Source of the DNA: Spirochaetota bacterium
GTDB lineage: Bacteria; Spirochaetota; UBA4802; UBA5550
Assembly: GCA_045600925.1 (NCBI GenBank)
Contig: JAZRYV010000097.1
Coordinates: 1 to 38,640, forward strand
Reading direction: 5' to 3'
Length of the DNA: 38,640 nucleotides
The position numbers and the translations under genes were made by a program. Under the pieces are notes generated by a model. That model was not told where the DNA came from. It did no database searches and saw nothing but the letters and a program-made list of their open reading frames with translations. Every line of letters starts with the position of its first letter. Within the stretch, counting starts at the first letter, position 1. This document shows, one piece after another, positions 1 through 7,791 of this stretch.

Positions 1-96
1 TATATAGCCAGATACTGCACCTGCAAGCACAACAAGCACAGCCGCTGCAGTCAGAAATATCTTTTCTATTTTAGGGAGTTTTTCTTTATTATTCAT
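1..96 (-). CDS. 5' end of a membrane-protein gene running off the left edge (partial)
   Basis: The complement ATG at 94-96 opens MNNKEKLPKIEKIFLTAAAVLVVLAGAVSGYI, which stays open to the window edge. It has a Lys-rich N-terminus followed by a hydrophobic helix. There is no clear SD and the fragment is too short for a family call. Confidence 0.3.
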   Translation of the reverse strand, partial: MNNKEKLPKIEKIFLTAAAVLVVLAGAVSGYI

Positions 97-213
97 ATAT
101 AAGGATGGCTCAAATTTTAATTTACCGGCAAAGACAGTTTATTTTATATTTGATGAATAATAAAAATATACTCTCTTTTAAATCAAGAATTATTTTTGAT
201 TATTCTCAACGGT

Positions 214-402
214 TTACAGGATGTATTTATGAACAAGATACCATACACCATAGGCAGCCGCCCCTGCAAAAATTCCCCACAGAAGCACATATACTGCCAG
301 ACTGATAAAGGAAAAAACCGCCGGCAGAATAAATCTGACAGTCAGAAACAGAATCAGAATAACCGCTGCAGCCAGCAGAACTTTTTTTAGAGTAACGTTC
401 AT
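214..402 (-). CDS. Small hydrophobic membrane protein (62 aa, about 2 TM helices)
   Basis: Track ORF with an ATG start 16 nt downstream of the htrA stop. The sequence MNVTLKKVLLAAAVILILFLTVRFILPAVFSFISLAVYVLLWGIFAGAAAYGVWYLV is almost entirely hydrophobic. The SD is weak and I recognise no family. Confidence 0.4.
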   Translation of the reverse strand: MNVTLKKVLLAAAVILILFLTVRFILPAVFSFISLAVYVLLWGIFAGAAAYGVWYLVHKYIL

Positions 403-417
403 ATAAAACAGACAGCA

Positions 418-1560
418 TCAGTTGACCGGACGTTCCTTTACTGTCACGTAAAGGCTTATCTGCTGTCTTTTCCTCCAGACTGTTAATTTTATTTTAGTGC
501 CGGCAGGAATCTGTCCTGCCAGATTAACCGTTTCCCGCACATTCTTTGCCGGGACTCCGTCTATTTCCAGAATCACATCCCCAACCTTAAGTCCGCCTGA
601 ATCAGCAGGACTTCCGGGAGTCACAGAGCCAACCAGAACTCCGCTGCTGCTTTCAAGCCCAAGCTCCTCCGAAGTCTTTCCGGATATGTCCAGAACATTT
701 ATCCCTATGTAGCCTCTCTTTACAGCATGATAATCCCGGAGCTGGGCCAGAACAGTTCGGGCAGTATTTACAGGTACAGCAAAACCTATGCCCATATATC
801 CACCGCTGCTGGAATAGATCATCCTGTTTATGCCGATCACTTCCCCGTATATGTTGATCAGCGGACCGCCGGAATTACCCGGATTTATGGAAGCATCGGT
901 CTGAATATGGGATGAACCTGCCATATCCACATCACTCCTTCCTACTGCACTTACCACACCTACTGTAAAAGTCCTGTCCAGTCCGAAAGGATTTCCAATA
1001 GCAACAGCCCAGTCACCAACCTGAACATTATCAGAATCTCCAAGAAAAACCGGCTGAAGGTTATCAGCATCAATCTTCAGAAGGGCAATATCCGTCTGCC
1101 TGTCCATGCCTACAACAGAAGCCTGATAATTCTTTTCCTGAACTTCAACAAAAATTCTGTCCATGCCGTCCACAACATGGAAATTTGTGCAGATGTATCC
1201 GTCCTTTGAAAGCACAAAGCCAGAACCAAGACCTGTCCTTGTTTCCACTTTGGAACCGTCCCCGCTGAGTCCGAAAAACTGACGCAGCAGCGGATCACTG
1301 TAAAAAGGATGCCCCTTAACTCTTACAGTCTGTTCTGTAGTTATATATACAACCCTGTCCCTGTAAAGATCATATATTTTACGGAATGAATTCTGAATCT
1401 CACAGGCTCTGTCCGCATCACCGCTGTCCCTGAGAGGAGAGACCTCCTGATTTCCAAAAAGAGATGCAGAGGCTCTTCCTGTTCCTGAACAGGACTGAAG
1501 CATAATAAAAACCAGCACTGCAAGAACAGCTCCAGCAGCTAATATTCCGCCCTTTTTCAT
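418..1560 (-). CDS. htrA: HtrA/DegP-family periplasmic serine protease with one PDZ domain, probable lipoprotein
   Basis: Track ORF 418-1668 was trimmed to the ATG at 1558-1560. That start gives MKKGGILAAGAVLAVLVFIMLQSCSG, a signal peptide with a lipobox-like LQSC, and it abuts the upstream stop at 1562-1564. The catalytic triad motifs are TNFHVV (His), DIALLKI (Asp) and GNSGGPL (Ser). The C-terminus is PDZ-like (GVLVGSVTPGSPADSGGLKVGDVILEIDG). An alternative ATG lies at 1572. Confidence 0.88.
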   Translation of the reverse strand: MKKGGILAAGAVLAVLVFIMLQSCSGTGRASASLFGNQEVSPLRDSGDADRACEIQNSFRKIYDLYRDRVVYITTEQTVRVKGHPFYSDPLLRQFFGLSGDGSKVETRTGLGSGFVLSKDGYICTNFHVVDGMDRIFVEVQEKNYQASVVGMDRQTDIALLKIDADNLQPVFLGDSDNVQVGDWAVAIGNPFGLDRTFTVGVVSAVGRSDVDMAGSSHIQTDASINPGNSGGPLINIYGEVIGINRMIYSSSGGYMGIGFAVPVNTARTVLAQLRDYHAVKRGYIGINVLDISGKTSEELGLESSSGVLVGSVTPGSPADSGGLKVGDVILEIDGVPAKNVRETVNLAGQIPAGTKIKLTVWRKRQQISLYVTVKERPVN

Positions 1561-1561
1561 T

Positions 1562-1834
1562 TTAAAAACCATCCCTGTCCCGTGCTTCCTTTTTTCGTCT
1601 GTCTTTATCAAGAAATTCCCTGAACAGTTCCTTTTCATTAAGCGTGCCGTCCGGATTGATATATTCAAAATCCAGCTTATTAGGATCAGGCACTGTCTCC
1701 CTGCAGAATTTTACAACGTAGTATACACCTATAACCAGAGCGAAAAGGACACAGAGCTGGACCACAGAAATTATCAGCTTTCTGCGGTCCATCTTCTTAA
1801 TGTATTCAAGTACTGCCTTAAGATTCATTGGCAT
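1562..1834 (-). CDS. Small single-pass membrane protein (90 aa), unknown function
   Basis: Track ORF wedged between the trxA stop (1839) and the htrA start (1560). It has one hydrophobic helix (LIISVVQLCVLFALVIGVYYVV) and a charged C-terminal tail. An alternative ATG lies at 1828. There is no SD and I recognise no family. Confidence 0.45.
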   Translation of the reverse strand: MPMNLKAVLEYIKKMDRRKLIISVVQLCVLFALVIGVYYVVKFCRETVPDPNKLDFEYINPDGTLNEKELFREFLDKDRRKKEARDRDGF

Positions 1835-1838
1835 CTGA

Positions 1839-2150
1839 TCAGGCCAGCTTTACCTTCAGGGAATCCTCAGTCTGAAGGCCCACCATACGCTCTATCTCCT
1901 TTCCGTCTTTAAAAAGAATCAGCGTTGGAATGGATGATATTCCAAGATCTGCTGCCAGTTCCCTGGCTTCATCTGTATTAACTTTGGCAATTCTGCCGGA
2001 AATCTGACCTCCTTCTGCCAGTCTTTCAAGAATAGGGCTCTGCATACGGCATGGTCCGCACCATGGAGCCCAGAAATCAACCAGCACAAGGCCTTCTGCT
2101 GTTTCTGCGGCAAAATTATCTTTATTAAGATCTGCTATTTTCCCTGACAT
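1839..2150 (-). CDS. trxA: Thioredoxin
   Basis: 103 aa with the canonical WCGPC active site in VDFWAPWCGPCRM and PTLILFKDG (cis-Pro loop). A strong SD (AGGAGG) lies about 6 nt upstream of the ATG. Confidence 0.93.
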   Translation of the reverse strand: MSGKIADLNKDNFAAETAEGLVLVDFWAPWCGPCRMQSPILERLAEGGQISGRIAKVNTDEARELAADLGISSIPTLILFKDGKEIERMVGLQTEDSLKVKLA

Positions 2151-2353
2151 AATATCCTCCTTTATATAATGTTTCAGTTAAAGAAAACCGGCCTCTCCGT
2201 CAAACATTAATTGCCTGTTTTCTGCAGTCCGGTTCAGGAATCCGGTATGAAAAATTTCTGTATTCCGTCAGAACCTGTCCGATAATATAAAGGGGTTCTT
2301 TTACAGAAACGTATTGAACTTCAGCAGAAAATAACGGAAATCCGAGGTCATAA

Positions 2354-2941
2354 ATGAAAAAACTCATACTTCCTGCAGTGCTTCTGTGTACGGCAGCTCT
2401 CTTTGCCGAAGAAACAAAAACTCCTGTCCCGGAAGGATACGGGAATCTTACCTGGGGTACATACATAAGCGATGCAAAGGATAAGACAGAAGGCAGACTC
2501 TACTATTCTGATGATAAAAAGATCATCATCACCCGTAATGAAGAACTGGAATACCAGTACGGCTTTTTCTACATGGATCCGGCCAAAATGCCTGTCCGTG
2601 AAAATACAGAGGCAGAAAAGGATTCCGGAAATATAAAGGATGAAGGGAAACTCTTCTACGTTTCACTGAAATTTCCATATCTTACCATGGAAAGCGTAAA
2701 AACAAAACTGACAGACAAATACGGAGAGCCTTCTTTCGAGGATATAAACAAAAACCGCGGAGCCCTTGCCTGGACTTCAGATAAAACCATGATTATTATG
2801 TGGGTGGATGAATACGAGAAAAAGCCCTTCTGCCGTAAAATCAACTACATCAGCCGTGATACGGTAAAAGAGCTTAATCAGTACGTATATACCATGTTCA
2901 ACAGACAGGAGCTGGATATAATAAAAAGACTCAACCCCTGA
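2354..2941 (+). CDS. Secreted protein of unknown family (195 aa)
   Basis: ATG preceded by a GAGG SD. The N-terminus [20 protein letters not shown] looks like a type I signal peptide. I see no recognisable catalytic or domain motifs. Its stop codon (2939-2941) directly abuts the stop of the convergent giant ORF (2942-2944). Confidence 0.6.
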   Translation: MKKLILPAVLLCTAALFAEETKTPVPEGYGNLTWGTYISDAKDKTEGRLYYSDDKKIIITRNEELEYQYGFFYMDPAKMPVRENTEAEKDSGNIKDEGKLFYVSLKFPYLTMESVKTKLTDKYGEPSFEDINKNRGALAWTSDKTMIIMWVDEYEKKPFCRKINYISRDTVKELNQYVYTMFNRQELDIIKRLNP

Positions 2942-5900
2942 TTATCTGGTTACAAAGACAGGAATAAGTGCAATACCGTCAGACAGACCGTCCAGAGCCT
3001 TTCCCACAACTGTTCCTGTCTTTTCAAAAGAATCTATCTTCCCAGCCATCCCGCAGCCCGGAGTATCAGATGAAACAATAAGATCCCCTGGTTTAACTGA
3101 CTGCTTTCTGGCATCAACTCTGCACATTACAGTTCCGCACAGTGCAACCGGATACAGTTTTTCACTTTTTCCTGTATTATTGAAGACAGCCAAAGGATTT
3201 CCGGAAACTATTCCGATTACGGAACTGTCATAGGCTTTTCTGGATCTGGACAAAACAGATTTTCCGGCAGGAGATACAGTCAGAAGATCCCCTTCTGCAA
3301 TAAACTCAGCATCATCAGCAGCAAACAGCTCAGTAATGCCTCCCGGAACTGCAGTTTTTTCCGATTCAAAAGAAAGAGTCCCTTTAAAAAACGAACGGCC
3401 GTTTACCAGAAGGGCATTGCCCTCTCCTTTAAGACGGACAGAATCATCATACCTTTCCACATCGCCGTAGCCGTCAGCCACAACTGAAAAGCCGTGTTCG
3501 CTTACAAAAACTCCTCCTGCACCAAAACGGGAAATTCCCATAACTCCGCAGCCTGAACCGCTGCCGGAATCACCTGCTGCCTGTCCCCTTACACCCACAT
3601 GAGTACTGTGCCCAACTACTCCGTAACTGGATGCTGACGGATACTTCTGATCACCGCTGATTCCTGCAAGACCAATGGATCCGTTCTCCGGAGATGTATT
3701 CCGTCCATATATTACTGCCGAATCAGAAGAAGGAGGCGTCACTTCTCTGAAAACTTCATTCTTTGCTTCTGTAACAGAAATATCGCCGAAATGGCTGTTA
3801 AAACTGTGCTTTTCAGGAGCATATGGATGTTCATGAGGAAGAGCCTCCCTTGCATCCGACAGTCTCGGATCAGAGGCCTGAACAACAAAACCAGGACGGG
3901 TCTCACCTTCACCGGCAAGTCTTACAATGCCCGGATTATCATGATCTGCCATCTTAAGACGTCTGTCGTTTCCCTGAACTGCTGTTCCCGGAGTAGTCTC
4001 CCCGTCATCAGCCAGCTCAACTATTCCCTTTGCGGAAACTGTTGCATCCTTAAGACGCCTGTCATTACCCTGAACTGCTGTATTTCCAAGGACTTCACCG
4101 TCTGAAGCAAAACGCATAATTCCCGGAGTCTGTTCCGTAGCCTTTTTCAGCCGGCTGTCATTTCCCTGAACCGCTGCCCCGGCCTTGTCCTCACCATCGC
4201 AGGCAAACCGGACAATTCCAGGATCAGCCTCTGTTGCCTTTCTCAGACGCCTGTCGTTTCCCTGAACTGCGGCATCTGCTTTATCTTCACCGTCAGCAGC
4301 AAGACGGACAATTCCCTTTGAATATACAGACGCATCCTTAAGTCGTTTATCACTGCCCTGAACTGCTGTTCCGCTTTCAGTTTCCCCATCCTTTGCAAAA
4401 CGTACAATCCCCATCCTGACTTCGGTTCCGTCCAGAAGACGTCTGTCATTTCCCTGAACTGCCACTCCGGCACTGTCTTCCCCATTGCGTGCAAGACGGA
4501 CAATTCCTCTGTCAGACTCTGTTGCATCTTTAAGACGCCTGTCGTTTCCCTGAACTGCTGCATCAGCCTTATCTTCACCGTCAGCAGCAAGACGGACAAT
4601 TCCCCTGTCAGACTCAGTTGCATTCCGCAGACGCCTGTCATTTCCCTGAACTGCTGCTCCGGCCTTAACCTCGCCGTCTTCCGCCAGTTCCACAATCCCT
4701 TTTGACAGTGTGGTTGCATCCATAAGACGTTTATCGTTTCCCTGAACTGCAGCCCCTTCAGCATTTTCTCCGTCCAAAGCCAGACGAACTATTCCCTTTA
4801 CAGAAACAGAAGCATCCCTGAGACGTCTGTCATTTCCCTGAACTGCTGCTCCGGAACTGTTTTCTCCGTCTTCAGCAAGGCGTACGATACCGAAACTTCC
4901 GACAGTAGCCTTTTTCAGCCGGGAATCGTTTCCTGTAACAACAGCTCTGGAAGAACTGGCTCCGTCCTCACACAGGCGGACAATCCCGGGTGTTCCGGTT
5001 TCTGCTTCCTTAAGCCTTGAATCATTTCCCTGAACAGCTGTTCCCTTTCCGGTTCCGTTATCACCTGCAAGAATCACAATCCCCGGCTTCAGCTCCGTGG
5101 CAGGCTTAAGTCTTGGATCCGAAGCCTGAACAGCAAGTCCTTCGGAACTGTCCCCGTCTGCAGCAAAACGTGTAATTCCTTTAAAAACAGTAGATGCATC
5201 CCCAAGCCTGGAATCATTTCCCTGAACAGCAGCACCTGCCTCATTCTCCCCGTCCCTGGCCAGTTTTACAATTCCCGGAACAAAAACAGAAGCCGAAGGC
5301 ATAGCCTTATCTTTTCCAGGGACGCAAATATCAGCACATATATCCATTCCGGCAAGATACAGTCCGTACTGTCCGTTTTTCAGCTGTGGAGTTCTGGCAG
5401 CAAGACGTATGTATCTGGCAGACACAAGGGCCGTATCCCAGTAATATGATTCTCCTGGCTGTGCCCTGAATCCCTGGACATCAATAAGCGATGTCCACAG
5501 GTCACTGTCCGTGCTGACCTCAATATGAAAGTTTTCCGGGAACCCGTCATCTCCGGAAGAAAGAATCATACGGCTTATCATAAAAGACTGCCCCATGTCG
5601 GCAAAAATTACATGCTCGGAAGGAAGAAATTCCGTAACAGAGGACCATCCCTTTCCTTCCAGAAGACCTGCAGCTGAAGCCCCATCCTGTCCTGTCCAGC
5701 ACTTCTGTGCACCGGAAATTCCTGTTCTCAGAGAACCTACCTGAGAAAAATATCCATTCTCCGAAGCACCCGGATCATTTATGACAAGCTTCATATACCG
5801 GAAAACAGCAAGAGGGAAAAGAAGCTGCCAGACCTTACTTTCCGGCTCGCAGTCTTTCTCCCTGTGAACAACTGTCCAGGAAGAGGAATCGGAACTGACC

Positions 5901-6148
5901 TCAATGGCAAAACCTTTCGGGAAGTATTTCCCGGAAGGAGAAATTTCAAGTTCAGCATAATCAGCAGCAATTTCCTTTCCAAAATCAATGACTGCATATT
6001 CAGGAACGGCTTCTTTTCTGTGGGAAGTTTCCCAGTAGCCGCTATTTTTTACAAGACAGGAAGAAGACTGGGCTGTGCCGTGCTCTCCGGAAGATGCTGA
6101 AACTGAACCTGTATAAAAAAACTGTTTACTGATAACTGTATAATTCAT
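2942..6148 (-). CDS. 1068-aa fibre-like repeat protein with two discoidin (F5/8 type C)-like domains, 15 x 32-aa tail-fibre-like repeats and a Gly-rich C-terminal knob
   Basis: ATG at 6146-6148 with a GGAG SD 5 nt upstream; the reading frame is open for 3.2 kb. Residues about 28-125 and about 165-255 read as discoidin-like (AVIDFGKEI...FAIEVSSDSSSW; VIFADMGQSF...FHIEVSTDSDLW). Residues 286-765 are 15 units with consensus AT....GIVRLA.DGE...G.AVQGNDRRLKD. Residues 815-935 are a Gly/Val/Ser-rich segment. Residues about 938-1068 form a compact C-terminal module. The N-terminus MNYTVISKQFFYTGS has no signal peptide or lipobox. Confidence 0.85.
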   Translation of the reverse strand: MNYTVISKQFFYTGSVSASSGEHGTAQSSSCLVKNSGYWETSHRKEAVPEYAVIDFGKEIAADYAELEISPSGKYFPKGFAIEVSSDSSSWTVVHREKDCEPESKVWQLLFPLAVFRYMKLVINDPGASENGYFSQVGSLRTGISGAQKCWTGQDGASAAGLLEGKGWSSVTEFLPSEHVIFADMGQSFMISRMILSSGDDGFPENFHIEVSTDSDLWTSLIDVQGFRAQPGESYYWDTALVSARYIRLAARTPQLKNGQYGLYLAGMDICADICVPGKDKAMPSASVFVPGIVKLARDGENEAGAAVQGNDSRLGDASTVFKGITRFAADGDSSEGLAVQASDPRLKPATELKPGIVILAGDNGTGKGTAVQGNDSRLKEAETGTPGIVRLCEDGASSSRAVVTGNDSRLKKATVGSFGIVRLAEDGENSSGAAVQGNDRRLRDASVSVKGIVRLALDGENAEGAAVQGNDKRLMDATTLSKGIVELAEDGEVKAGAAVQGNDRRLRNATESDRGIVRLAADGEDKADAAVQGNDRRLKDATESDRGIVRLARNGEDSAGVAVQGNDRRLLDGTEVRMGIVRFAKDGETESGTAVQGSDKRLKDASVYSKGIVRLAADGEDKADAAVQGNDRRLRKATEADPGIVRFACDGEDKAGAAVQGNDSRLKKATEQTPGIMRFASDGEVLGNTAVQGNDRRLKDATVSAKGIVELADDGETTPGTAVQGNDRRLKMADHDNPGIVRLAGEGETRPGFVVQASDPRLSDAREALPHEHPYAPEKHSFNSHFGDISVTEAKNEVFREVTPPSSDSAVIYGRNTSPENGSIGLAGISGDQKYPSASSYGVVGHSTHVGVRGQAAGDSGSGSGCGVMGISRFGAGGVFVSEHGFSVVADGYGDVERYDDSVRLKGEGNALLVNGRSFFKGTLSFESEKTAVPGGITELFAADDAEFIAEGDLLTVSPAGKSVLSRSRKAYDSSVIGIVSGNPLAVFNNTGKSEKLYPVALCGTVMCRVDARKQSVKPGDLIVSSDTPGCGMAGKIDSFEKTGTVVGKALDGLSDGIALIPVFVTR
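3854..5293 (-). repeat. In-frame tandem repeat array, 15 units of exactly 96 bp (32 aa), inside the giant ORF
   Basis: I counted the units from the translation. Unit k spans 5293-96(k-1) down 96 nt. Boundary codons were checked against the DNA: GCT for Ala286 at 5291-5293 and GAT for Asp765 at 3854-3856. The DNA core recurs as gtc(a/g)tttccctgaac(t/c)gc. Units 8 and 11 share a 36-nt identical block (4569-4604 and 4281-4316, offset 288 = 3 x 96). Confidence 0.9.
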
Positions 6149-6172
6149 CTTAACTCCATCTCCCTTTACGGA

Positions 6173-6694
6173 TCATTTTTTCTTCAGTTTAAGAACAGGC
6201 TCAAGATAGCCTTCGGAACTGCTTCCGTCAATAACAGTCTGAACAGGACGTACTGTAAGCTTACGGTCCTTTCCTTCTCCGGAAACAGCACACTTCATAA
6301 GAAACCAGGAAGATTTTGCCTTAACAAAACCTCCGGAAGTGCTGACATTCCTGACTTTACTGCTTCTTTTCATATCACTGACATTTACCCGGAGCCTGTT
6401 TCCGTCTTCCAGTATATATATACCTTTAAACAGAAGGGCATGATTTCCAAGATAAAGAATAATCACAGCACGGTAGTTTTTATAAAAACGAAACTCGTAG
6501 CCCAGACTGTGGCCGTAATCAAGCACCCATATTCCGGCAAGATCCGCTGCAGTCAGGGGAGAAGCAGGTTCCTCCGGAGCAGGGATCTGTACTTCCTTAG
6601 ACATGTCAGGACTGCTGTCCGTATTCAGGCTGCTGTCACTGCAGGAAAAAAGACATATCACAGACAGCAGCAGAATTAAAGCTTTTTTCTGCAT
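6173..6694 (-). CDS. Lipoprotein of unknown family (173 aa), immediately upstream of the giant ORF
   Basis: Track ORF 6173-6847 was trimmed to the ATG at 6692-6694, giving MQKKALILLLSVICLFSCSDSS, a textbook lipoprotein signal with lipobox LFSC. Its stop lies 24 nt before the giant-ORF ATG on the same strand. The SD is weak and an alternative ATG lies at 6718. Confidence 0.6.
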   Translation of the reverse strand: MQKKALILLLSVICLFSCSDSSLNTDSSPDMSKEVQIPAPEEPASPLTAADLAGIWVLDYGHSLGYEFRFYKNYRAVIILYLGNHALLFKGIYILEDGNRLRVNVSDMKRSSKVRNVSTSGGFVKAKSSWFLMKCAVSGEGKDRKLTVRPVQTVIDGSSSEGYLEPVLKLKKK

Positions 6695-6871
6695 AACAAA
6701 AATCCAGTATATAATCATAAACAGTCTGTCATCATATTTAATATGTGTCAAATCATTTTGACTGGCCGACTTTCCCCGCCGGAACCAGCCGTTCAGCCTC
6801 TGTAAATTTGCTTTACATTTTTCTTTTCTGTAAAAAATCTGCAGCATAACATAAGAGTATTTACAGGAAAA

Positions 6872-7765
6872 ATGAAAACAAAGGGAGCAAATTTACAGCC
6901 TGTCTGCCTCATCCTTGCAGCAGGAATCTGCTGGGGAATCATAGGACTCTTTTCCAGACCGCTGGCATCGGCTGGAATCAGTCCGGCAGGCATAACCATT
7001 CTCCGCTGCCTGACCGTCTCCGCAGGCCTGTTTCTGTGGCTGCTTGTTAAAAACCGACAGCTGCTGAAAATCAGGCTTAGGGATATATGGATGTTTGCCG
7101 GCACAGGCCTGTGCAGCATAGTCTTTTTCAACATCTGCTACTTTCTGACAATCTCACGGGCCTCCCTTTCCTTTGCTGCAGTTCTGCTGTACACAGCTCC
7201 TTTTTTTGTCATAATCCTGTCAGCACTGCTGTTTCACGAAAAAATAAGTCCTGTAAAAACAGCAGCCCTTGCTGCAGCCTTTGCCGGCTGCGTACTTGTA
7301 ACAGGGCTGGGGAACGGGGAGCCAGACTTCACTGCTGTTCTTACCGGTCTTGGTTCAGGCTTTGGCTATGCACTTTACACTGTTTTCGGGAATCTGGCTC
7401 TCCGGAAATATGAGACAGAAACTGTAACATTCTACACTTTCCTTACCGCATCTGCTGGGCTTCTTCCCTTTACAGATTATTCAGAAATGTCTGATGTGTT
7501 TCTGCTTCACCGGGATCTTATTCCAGCCATTGCAGCTCTTGGAATCTTTTCCACCATGATTCCGTTTTTGCTTTATACAAAGGGACTCCGCAGGCTGGAA
7601 CCAGGAATGGCTGCGATTCTTGCCTTCTCTGAACCAATGACAGCCACAGTGGCAGGAATAATCTTTTTCGGAGAAACACTCACAGCCGCCTCCCTGACCG
7701 GAACACTGATGATTTTCGCCTCTCTTGTCCTCATCAGCCTGAAAGACATCAAAAAAAGCTCATGA
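6872..7765 (+). CDS. EamA/DMT-superfamily permease (297 aa, about 10 TM helices)
   Basis: ATG with an AGGAAA SD. The protein is hydrophobic throughout and has the two-halves organisation typical of drug/metabolite transporters. It is divergent from the lipoprotein gene. Confidence 0.7.
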   Translation: MKTKGANLQPVCLILAAGICWGIIGLFSRPLASAGISPAGITILRCLTVSAGLFLWLLVKNRQLLKIRLRDIWMFAGTGLCSIVFFNICYFLTISRASLSFAAVLLYTAPFFVIILSALLFHEKISPVKTAALAAAFAGCVLVTGLGNGEPDFTAVLTGLGSGFGYALYTVFGNLALRKYETETVTFYTFLTASAGLLPFTDYSEMSDVFLLHRDLIPAIAALGIFSTMIPFLLYTKGLRRLEPGMAAILAFSEPMTATVAGIIFFGETLTAASLTGTLMIFASLVLISLKDIKKSS

Positions 7766-7791
7766 AAGCCCAGTGTTTTAAATAATAATTA

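Noticed and set aside
105-418. Track ORFs 105-305 (plus strand), 196-390 (plus strand) and 227-418 (minus strand).
   Set aside because: They overlap one another and the more plausible 62-aa hydrophobic ORF at 214-402. None has an SD or recognisable motifs.
2200-2466. An 88-aa minus-strand ORF spanning the trxA/secreted-protein divergent region and overlapping the start of the 2354 gene.
   Set aside because: It overlaps the SD and signal-peptide region of a better-supported gene. It has no SD, and its composition is not protein-like.
4243-4764. A 173-aa minus-strand ORF in an alternative frame of the repeat array, and a 104-aa plus-strand ORF at 3791-4105.
   Set aside because: These frames are open only because a 96-bp unit free of stops in that frame is repeated. 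Their translations are themselves periodic nonsense (for example QFRETTGV repeated). The main frame gives a coherent 1068-aa protein with a good SD.
3854-5293. Whether the regular repeats could be a CRISPR array or a non-coding satellite.
   Set aside because: The units are contiguous, with no repeat-spacer alternation. They are 96 bp long, in frame, and conserved at the protein level with synonymous differences between units. This is a coding tandem repeat.
3854-5293. The NDxRLKD end of every unit resembles the S/D-x-R-x-K motif that begins Peptidase_S74 intramolecular chaperone domains.
   Set aside because: The motif recurs 15 times as part of the shaft repeat and is never followed by S74-like sequence. 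It is most likely a coincidental short match, and I cannot verify it without a profile search.
6793-7413. Track ORFs 6793-7134 (minus strand), 7087-7413 (plus strand, alternative frame) and 7749-8036 (minus strand).
   Set aside because: They overlap the EamA permease or EIIA-like genes in other frames or on the other strand. The permease and EIIA frames give coherent family-like proteins.
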